Shown here in pieces: positions 51,545-60,867 of a stretch of DNA of 64,000 bases (positions are counted from its first letter, which is position 1; the number at the start of each line of letters is the position of its first letter). This DNA comes from Batkoa obscura. Taxonomy: Eukaryota. The position numbers were made by a program, and so were the translations under genes. The DNA is taken from the NCBI GenBank assembly GCA_030770535.1, contig JASVEC010000002.1, forward strand, positions 868,001-932,000, written 5' to 3'. The notes under the pieces were generated by a model that saw nothing but the letters and a program-made list of their open reading frames with translations, was not told the origin of the DNA and searched no databases.

Positions 51545-51677
51545 GGTTCTTATTTTATGATAATAAAAAATGATATTCAACATTTAAAACTGTAATCTTA
51601 TAAACAATAAATTTTGTTTAATTGATTTAGTTATTTCTTTTCTTTTGATTTTTGTTATTTTTAAAACGATAAAACGA

Positions 51678-52183
51678 TCATTTATTTGAATCTGTTTCCT
51701 CTGATATATTCATCTTTTTCTTCTTCAGGATAAGACATTTAGTTAAGTCATTAAGATTATTAATGAACTCATCCATTAAATCTTTGTATATAGTATTATA
51801 ACTAGTATCATGTTTCAATAAATTTTCTTTGTTATTCACCTTTTGAGATGTTGCTTCAGTAGTCTCCTGAGTTGATTTACTAGATGAAGAAACTATTTTG
51901 GATGGTGCTTCAACAATATCACCACAGTTTGAATATCTCACTTCAAACACTCCACTACCAATTATTAGACTACACCAGATACTTTCTTGATAATTTCAGC
52001 TACTTCACCACTTGAATACACTACTTTGGAGACTGCTTTAACAAACTCAGGCACTTCATTAGCAGTTAATGGGGCCATTCCATACTTTGCTTCAATGCTT
52101 TTGGGTGTTTTACTGATAACTAACAATTCGATTTCAACTTTATCTTTTTTATTATAAAACTTGTTATCGATTAATTCTTTGCA
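51678..52183 (-). pseudogene. Broken or unresolved hypothetical coding region
   Basis: Two adjacent open frames (…KELIDNKFY…KKVSGVV* and IIGSGVFEVRYSNCGD…SNK*) offset near 51970; no clean start or intron found. Confidence 0.3.
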
Positions 52184-52466
52184 TTAAATTATTTTTTATA
52201 ATTGTAAGAAATAATAAATTGATTAAATAGTAAAAGTTTTGGACTTCCTGTATTATTTTTACCATTGTAATATTAATAAAGCAGTATAAAAGATAAAATT
52301 TAAGAATTTTGTTTGATTTATCATTAGCGCAGTCACAATAAGAATTTTAATAGATAGAATGATTTACCTAAATTATTTTTAAGCAAGGACCTTTGAAAGT
52401 ATAACATAGTATTTAATGAAAAGCTTTAAATTGGTAAATAATAATAGCAATGATATTAAATCTCAT

Positions 52467-53759
52467 TTAAAGTTTATGTTTATTTGAATCACTGATATTG
52501 TTTTCATTCAAACATGAAAATGGATTCTTCACTCCATTAAATTCGTTCTTTACTCCCTTCTTTATTAATTTAATACTATCCATCCCTAATCCTTTATTTC
52601 CATTTTTAAAATAAGCGTTAAAGCCATGAGTCATTTCATCTGGTTTAACTTCCCCAGATAAACTCATCATCTCTCTTCTATCTTTACCAATCTGTTCTGA
52701 CCCTACCCTTAATGGACAATAACAAGAAACCCATGGTGTTGTAGTGAAGTCAGGGTTATTACTATCCCTTAAAAGGTAATCATGATGATTGGGAAACTTT
52801 TGATACCAATCAATTATCCCTTCATAGCTGAATTTATTTAATTCGCACAACAGATAATATTGAGGTGGAAACAGCAATATCTTATTTTTATTATCATTCT
52901 CATATGAGTCTATTAATTCTTTTATATCCACCCATCGAGTTTCTTGAATTTCTAGGTTATCCGAGGTTGGAGGAATTGAGTGAGAGGTAAGGATGGAGAG
53001 GTAATAATTGGTTAAGAAGCGTTTTGGATAATGTTTAGGGGTTAGCCAAGAAGCTATAAATTTTAAATTAGTTAAATTTAATTTACCCAAAGCTTGAGTT
53101 TTTATCAGGTCGTGGAAGTAAAGAGAATTGGCTAATACCTAGAAGAAAAAAGAAGTGAGTTATATAATTATGTAAATTTTCATGTTAATATATATATCCC
53201 TTACTTTCTTTCGTTCAATTTCATATGCTTTTGTATCAATAAAAGTATCTTTTGTTTCCGTACATAATATACCAGTTTCTTCGAAAGTTTCTCGAACTGC
53301 AGCTAACTCATAAGGTAAGAAATCAGTGGTTAAACTAATTTATTTGCAAAATTCAAACTGATTTATTAATGCTCTTTATTTTAATTATTGTAAACTTACT
53401 CGTCTTTTTTTAGTTGAAGTCCTAAATCTAGGTCATACCATGAAATTAATGAATCTACTTTTTCAATGCCTCCACCTTAAAAAGACAAGTTAGAGTTGAT
53501 GGGTTATGAGGATGATAGCAAAAATCCACTTACCAGGAAATACATAAGCGGATTTAAAACTACCTACGTTAGATCTGAATTGAGTTGGAATTATTTAACT
53601 GAAACTAAAACGGAGTCAAGAAGTTTACCTTTTAACCATTAAGATTTCAAATTTCTTCGCCTCTTTTTTTAAACGTAGCAGCAATAAACTAAAGTATTTT
53701 GTTAACATTAAATCATTGTTGTCATTATTGTGACTTTACCATGCTGATTTTTTAAACAT
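52467..53759 (-). CDS. Nudix hydrolase, NUDT19-like (CoA diphosphatase family)
   Basis: Spliced FEILMVKRS...SAYVFPGGGIE, AAVRETFEETGI, WLTPKHYPKRFLTNYY, LFPPQYYLL; several short introns. Confidence 0.88.
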
Positions 53760-54049
53760 CTTTTAACAAAAACAAAAACAAGCAAAACATGAAAATCTTA
53801 GCTCATTTTTTATTAAATCTGAAAGCCACTTGAACATGTGACGTATTTAAAAAATATTAATGGGAATAAGTTTAAGTAAATTTCTTTACCATCTTAAATT
53901 CTAATGTACAAGTATCTTTTATTAAATATTAACAATTTTCATGGTAAATCAATTTTTTTAAAAATCAAAATAAATAGAAACATCTTTTTATTTTTCTGTA
54001 TAACTAAAGGATCCTCTCTGATCTCAAAATATTCCAGCTATTAATCATA

Positions 54050-55972
54050 TTATTTCCCCCTTTCCACTCTTATACTACTATCATTAGCCCAAAAGGATCT
54101 AATTGTAACTTAATTCCATTTAAAAAAATTATTTTCAACATTTACGATCCAAGTTAAAATCAAAAGACTTACCTTTCACTACTGAATAAGCAAAATTCGA
54201 AGGTAGTAGTTGTTTAATTTTGACGTTTTCGTTATTCTCTTGAGAGTAGCAAATACTTACTAAAATTAGATTTAAAAGTAAAAGATGATGGTACTATATT
54301 AAATAATTAAAAGAGATTAAAACAAATACCATTAAAACAAAATTATTCAGTGACTTACCTTTGACCTATTACCAATATCTAAAAAAGCAGAAAAATCATG
54401 GCTACCTAAGGTTGTTGGAAAGTAAAGTTGAAATTCTTATTCATCTTCTCTCTCTTCCTATCGAAATACTCTTCTTCTAAACCACCCAATAGACTACCGT
54501 CTGCATTTCCTTTTTACCATACTAATTCAGAATCAAGTTCATAATTTAATATTATTTCATTCTTCTTTTTAAAACTAGGTGGTTTTACTTTGTTGCTTCG
54601 AGATAACGGAAAACTTGATTTAAAACTTAACCCTTAAATTTGTCCTTTGGTTACTAACTTTTCTATTTACCAAAAAAAGGTGATCGAACATTTTCACGAA
54701 GTGTTAATAATTTTGGTTTATCGTCTTTAGTTTCTATTTATAATATAGTAATACTCAAATCATCCCCAAAACTTATTAAATCCGTATTTTTTGTATTATT
54801 TAAATTTTATTTTTTGTTTTTTGATATTTATTTCATTTTTTAATTTATTTTGTATTTCTTTTAATAATTCACCATTTTACTCAACTTCATTTTATAGCTA
54901 TTAACTCTATCAGATAAATTTAGTTTATCGTCATTACTATTACAAACAACTTACATAGCAATATAAGTCCCCTATTTAATACAAAACGGATAAAAGTATT
55001 TTCCTTAATTTGAAACAATAGATAATTGGATACTTTCTAGATTAACAAAATTTATCAACAAACAATTTCAAAAATAAATAGCACTTAAAATTACTTTGGT
55101 TATTATTTGAATCGGGTGTGCCTTTTTAACTATAAAAAATCCTTTGGTATTAACCGTATGCTATAAATTGAATGAGTACTAATACATATATATAAGGTTG
55201 TTTCTATAATCTGCTATTGGTAGCTTCTTTTCTTCACTAACTTTACTCGTTTTTTTCTCTTCTCTAATTTTAATCACTTTAGCCACCCTAGCTTCGTTTC
55301 CAGTCATTTAGTTAACTTCAATTTCATTAGGTTTTAAATTCATCTGAACAGATTAAAAAAAATGAAAAACAAAAACCTGAGCATTATTATATTGACATCA
55401 ATGAGTCTAGGTTTTAATTTAGGTTTAAGTTTCTTTTAATCATTTTGGTGTGTCGCTACGAATCCTTGGTTTTCAATTGATAATTTATTACTTAATTTAA
55501 TTGCTTGTTTAATCAATTGTAAAAATAAAACAATAAACTATTAATTTTGATGTATTAAATCAAAAAACTCACACCCCTCTGCAGTAATTGTTTTTTGTCA
55601 ATAATCAAAGTCACATCATTCTTTCTAAAAATCCATCCAAATCTTTACACTCGAGTCAAGATAGTGTTGATCCCTTATCAATTCCATCATTAAAATTCCT
55701 ATACTATAAACCAGAATTCATTCTCCCTTAATTCTATTACAAAGTCTTTCAATTCAACTTCTTTGGTAGGTATCCCATAAATAATTCTATTTTCTAATGC
55801 TTAATGATACTTCCTAATAATTCTGGTACTAAAACATCTATTTATTTTTATTAATAAAAAAGTAATGTTTTAAAATTAGATATTAAATTAATTCAATCTT
55901 ACTTTCCACTCTTTTATTCTCTAATTATATATTATCTCTTTGATTCCCTCTCATTACTATTGCTGAATCCAC
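54050..55972 (-). pseudogene. Decayed inverted duplicate of the neighbouring CAF-1 p150-like gene
   Basis: Colinear exon-by-exon similarity to 60868-63817 (e.g. gatgttttagtaccagaattattag vs gatattttagtacctgaattattag; gaaaatgttcgatcacc vs gaaaatgttcgaccacc; attagatcctttt shared), with stops, frameshifts and GTG in place of ATG. Confidence 0.88.
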
Positions 55973-57103
55973 TTGATTTTTTTTAATAACTGAAGAGAAA
56001 ACAGTCAAATTTTAAATTTTCAACTCTAATAGCAATAGCTTTAAAATGATGTTAATTAGTAATAGAAATGAAGTAAAAAATTTGAGCTAGGATTTTAAGA
56101 ACTCAATTATTAACATTAAAAAATAGCAATCTAAATATTGTGATTTGTAGCGATACAACCAAAGTGTAAGAAAAGATTTTTCAAGCATTCCAACGCATTA
56201 CATAAGGATAGAAAGTTTCAAGCTATTCTATCTCAACAAACATTATAAAATATAAAACATTGTTCTTTACATTATATATATCTGTAATTGTAACCATTGC
56301 TCAGCTAAATTGATAAAGTTTGATACTTTTAGCCTAAAAATTAAACGCTTGAACTACATGTTGGGCTTGGTATTTAAAATTGACATTATGTAACTATTCT
56401 TTAGCCTATTTTAAAAAACTAAATAGTAGCATTAGTAAACTGACAACTATTTTCAAATTCCAAGCTTGAAGAAATTTGCTTTTTTATTGAGAATTTAACT
56501 AAGTATTTTAGACTTAAATCTTAAATTTTAAGTTACATTGAAGATGAACAATATATTCAAATAAAAAAATAACATTTACATCACTACTTTACTATGATTC
56601 CAGTTAATGTTTATTTGAAATTTTAAGCGTAAAAGGAGAACATATAGTTAACATAAGCTAAGGGGTTTTGATACATATATATTTATCTGAATATATCAAA
56701 CTCCTTATTTTCATCAGATAAGTAATTGTTAAGCTTAATCGAATCCGAGGTGAAATCGAATTTAATAAATTTATTCATTTTCTTTTTAATAATTGAATAA
56801 GCTGTCATAAATAATAACCCCATAAATAAACTCTCCAAAAATTGCATTTTATTTTGCCAACCTTGTATTAGCCCGCGTTAAATTAATAACTAATTAATGG
56901 TTTGTCTTTGAATGATGAATTCAAACGCATAGCCTCAACGCACCCAAATGTGTCATTTAAAAAGTATTTAACTTAGTTGCCATCATGACAAGTTAATACC
57001 AAATTGACTATTTTATTCATTTTTACTACCTTTATATTATAGCTATTGTTTTCTTTTTCTTTATAATTCCAAATAGTTAATTTTGATGTATCACTCATAA
57101 TAT

Positions 57104-57201
57104 GGGGGTGTTTTTTTTGACTTCATTACTTTTTCCATTTTTAAGCGCTATTTGAGTGAAAAGATTGTTGGTAAAATTCTTAAACACAAAAAAACACCCC
57201 C
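57104..57201 (+). mobile_element. MITE copy 16
   Basis: Consensus match, TIR GGGGGTGTTTTTTT on both ends; ATAT TSD. Confidence 0.92.
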
Positions 57202-57389
57202 ATATCCTCTTTAGCAAAACTTACCAAGCTTCTGCTATTTACGTCCTTTGAATAATCATTGTCATTATTTTCTGTATAAAACTTGTAAGTTATTTTATCC
57301 CTCCCTATCAATTGCTACTAAGCTCGTTCATTTTCATTATTTAGTGAAAATTATTTTTACTTTTTACTTCTTAATTTGTTTCACTATAT

Positions 57390-57486
57390 GGGAGTGTTTT
57401 TTTTGACTTCATTATTTTTTACATTTTAAACGCTATTTAAGCGGAAAAAGTGGTAGTAAAATTCTTAAACACAAAAATACATCCCC
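57390..57486 (+). mobile_element. MITE copy 17
   Basis: Consensus match; ATAT TSD. Confidence 0.9.
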
Positions 57487-57587
57487 ATATTTTAGTAGTA
57501 GTTTCAGTATTTTGATATTTTATTTGTTTTCAAAATATGACTATTTATGTATTGCTCTTTACCTTAATCAAACCATTTTTGATATAT

Positions 57588-57677
57588 GGGGATATGTTTT
57601 TGTGTCTAAAGAATTTTACTAACAATCTCTCTATTCAAATAGCACTTAAAAAATAATGAAACCAAAAAAAACATCCC
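57588..57677 (-). mobile_element. MITE copy 18 (internal deletion)
   Basis: Consensus match with about 10 bp missing; ATAT flanks. Confidence 0.85.
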
Positions 57678-58073
57678 ATATTTTGTTCTTATAGCTTGCT
57701 TTATTTTATTGAATTACGTCATATCTTCCTATTTTTTTAAATAGAGTTTATCCATGAATAGAAATTTTGAGTAGGCTTTATATGAATATTGATTATATTG
57801 AAAAAGTGTATTGTTAAAAACAATTTATACTAACAAATTATAAAAAAATCGATAAAGATAATGCAGTTGAAAGATAAAATAGGTTTATTAAAACTAAACA
57901 TAATAAGATCCAGGAAAAAAGCTATTATAGTAAAAAGCCTTTTTTATATCTTGCATTAGAGTATTATATACGAAAAACACGATGACAATTATAATTCTTT
58001 ACTATAACTAATAAATTTAAATTTAAAAATTTAAAAGTAATGCTTTTTGCAATTAAAAAGTAAAAAGTCTTAT

Positions 58074-58260
58074 GGGGATATTCAAATTGGTTTTTAGCCA
58101 ATTTTTAAAAACTTTATATTAGAAACTTTGCTCAAAATCCTATAAAAACAAATTCTTTATTAGAAAGCAAAAGTATCTAACACAATTCTAAATTATTTCA
58201 TCATAATTTATATTGTAAGTTAGCAGAATTTTAATTAAATTTAATAAAAATTCTCAGATT
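58074..58260. mobile_element. Diverged terminal fragment of a Sola-like element
   Basis: GGGGATATTCAAATTGGTT...aaaagtatctaacacaattctaaa...tgtaagttag is colinear with 44293-~44480. Confidence 0.7.
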
Positions 58261-58315
58261 AGTAAGACTTTTATTAACATAACCTATATGATGATATTAA
58301 TCAAAGTTGTAGTAT

Positions 58316-58779
58316 TGTGAAATCTGGCACTCAATGTTTAGAGTCAAGAGCAGCCATTGCCTAGTTAACTATACTGTAAGTTGAAAGGTCTTGGTTTATG
58401 TGACTAAGATAGACTTGGATTATGAAGAATAGCACGTAATAGGCTACAGACTATGTAAAACAAATAGAATAGACACTTCTAGTTTAAGATCTACGTAAAA
58501 TACTATTAAGAAAACTTAGTGACTTTATTAAATGTTCAAGATATCAGAGAATAATTCAGTTAAAAAGCCTTGAACTACTATACTCTAAAATATCTTTTAT
58601 ACTCTGAAAAGTATAAATATCAAAACAAGAGGATTGCATTGTTTGAGATGAAGGTAGAAATTCTCTTAGAAAATCAGAATAAGAGCATGAGACTAATTGT
58701 CTCTATAATCGAGAACACAACAGCTTAAGCGATTGTTATGCTATAATTAACCATAGGACTGACAAAGTGATATTTCACA
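58316..58779 (-). mobile_element. 464-bp TG...CA repeat, left arm of the fold-back
   Basis: Reverse complement of 59263-59726, with no mismatch found by eye; TGTGAAAT/ATTTCACA termini. Confidence 0.9.
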
Positions 58780-59262
58780 AAGAAAAACGGATCTATGTAA
58801 TATATGTGCCCAGTATACGTTTAGAAAAAAGTTATTTGAAAATAAAATAAATATAACAATAAAAAACGAAGCGGAGATAGAAGAAGTTTTCAATGAAGAA
58901 GAAAAATTATACAAATTACATAAATTCTGTGTTGATACTCAAAAAAACACATTTAGTGGAACTATTAAAAAATTAAATAATAAAAGTTGTATAATAATTT
59001 TAGATTTTGAACAAAATATAGAAATAGGAGCAAGACCAGATTCAATAAATTTAGATCGTTATAATAAACAAGCTATATCAGTATTAGGTTTTGGTGTTTT
59101 ATATCTAAAAGATGATAAAACAATAGGCAAAGTTTACTTTGATTATTTATCTGAAATATTAAATCATGATTCAGCATATGCAGGAGATTGTTTAATCAAT
59201 TTAATCTCTACATAACTTTTATTTAAAAAGTTTACAAAAATTAATATATGGGCAGATACAGG
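58780..59262 (+). pseudogene. Internal fragment of the Sola-like transposase
   Basis: Near-identical to the reverse complement of 45324-45803 (RKTDLCNIC ... KINIWADTG) with small indels. Confidence 0.92.
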
Positions 59263-59726
59263 TGTGAAATATCACTTTGTCAGTCCTATGGTTAATTATA
59301 GCATAACAATCGCTTAAGCTGTTGTGTTCTCGATTATAGAGACAATTAGTCTCATGCTCTTATTCTGATTTTCTAAGAGAATTTCTACCTTCATCTCAAA
59401 CAATGCAATCCTCTTGTTTTGATATTTATACTTTTCAGAGTATAAAAGATATTTTAGAGTATAGTAGTTCAAGGCTTTTTAACTGAATTATTCTCTGATA
59501 TCTTGAACATTTAATAAAGTCACTAAGTTTTCTTAATAGTATTTTACGTAGATCTTAAACTAGAAGTGTCTATTCTATTTGTTTTACATAGTCTGTAGCC
59601 TATTACGTGCTATTCTTCATAATCCAAGTCTATCTTAGTCACATAAACCAAGACCTTTCAACTTACAGTATAGTTAACTAGGCAATGGCTGCTCTTGACT
59701 CTAAACATTGAGTGCCAGATTTCACA
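59263..59726 (+). mobile_element. 464-bp TG...CA repeat, right arm of the fold-back
   Basis: TGTGAAAT...ATTTCACA; TATAAAA near 59441 and AATAAA near 59513. Confidence 0.9.
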
Positions 59727-59953
59727 TTATGCATAAATTTGCAGACATTTAATTTTGGTAATAAAATTACTTGAATTAAATCGAACTTGTTATATGAATT
59801 ATAATTAATTTAAATGCTTATTATAATATAACTGATTATTGAATTAATAAAGTAATATAAGTTTATTAATATAGTAATTTTGTTAGTAGTTTTGATTTTA
59901 AAAATAATGACGTTAAATAATATATTAACATTTTAAAGTTCTTATTATTATAT

Positions 59954-60153
59954 GGGGATGTATTTTTTGTTTAAGAACTTTACTAACAATCTTTCCACTC
60001 AAATAGCGCTTAAAAAATGAAAAAAATAATGAAACCAAAAAAAACATGGGGCTGTTTTTTTTAGTTTCATTATTTTTCCATTTTTTAAGCGCTATTTATG
60101 TGGAAAAATTGTCAGTAAAATTCTTAAATACAAAAATACATCCCCACATCCTT
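59954..60153 (-). mobile_element. MITE copy 19, with copy 20 (60048-60145, +) nested in its TIR
   Basis: Outer copy flanked by ATAT; inner copy flanked by ACAT at 60044-60047 and 60146-60149. Confidence 0.9.
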
Positions 60154-60867
60154 ATATATTTTTAAGTTTATTTAATAATTGTTATTATATTTGTTTAAAT
60201 TTAAAATTATTAAAATAGAAATTTTAAATATATATTAATAATGTTTATTATTAAAACGAGGCTAGGAAATAATATTTTTACATTTATTTCATATACATTC
60301 ATTATTTGTAAATACTCTATAACTGATGTAAAAATTTTGTAGAAAAAATAAAAAAGTTTATTTTTTTATTACATAGTATAATATAAATTTAGCATTTATA
60401 ATTTAAAAATTTAAAGTTTACAAATAGTTATTTTTTTATAAAACTGAGTTTAAAAATAAGTATACATTTAATAAGTTTAAGTTTAGTTTTAATAAAGGAT
60501 TTAAAGTTATAATTAAATTTGAAATTTTAAGTTATATTAATTAAGTTATGCAAATAATTTCCAAAGTTTATAATTTAATTATTTGATATAAAATTTTTAA
60601 AAAACTATCAAGTAAAACTAGACAAAGAAAATCTTAATATAAATTATTAAACTTAAGTAAAAAAATATTTTTATAACATTTAGTGCTTAATGTAATTTTG
60701 CTAAAACCAGGATTAGATAAAATTTTAGCTGAATTTTTACACTAACCCATTTCTACTCAAATTTATTGCCACCAATCAAAGGTTAATTTAAATCAATGAT
60801 CTATATTTTTTTAAAAAGGTAAATTTAAAATGACTGTTTTTCAATTTTAATTATTTCAAAAAATTCA

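Noticed and set aside
54010..54050. 'INSWNI' read as the start of a LINE endonuclease
   Set aside because: It lies just downstream of the CAF-1 pseudogene stop, and the surrounding region is explained by that duplication.
58316..59726. DIRS-type retroelement (inverted terminal repeats, no TSD)
   Set aside because: No RT or tyrosine recombinase, no internal complementary region seen, termini are TG..CA, and the interior is DDE transposase sequence.
4296..60153. Recurrent ~100-bp repeats read as a CRISPR array or a tRNA-derived SINE
   Set aside because: They are dispersed rather than arrayed with spacers, have TIRs and 4-bp TSDs, and lack A/B boxes or poly-A tails; the host is eukaryotic.
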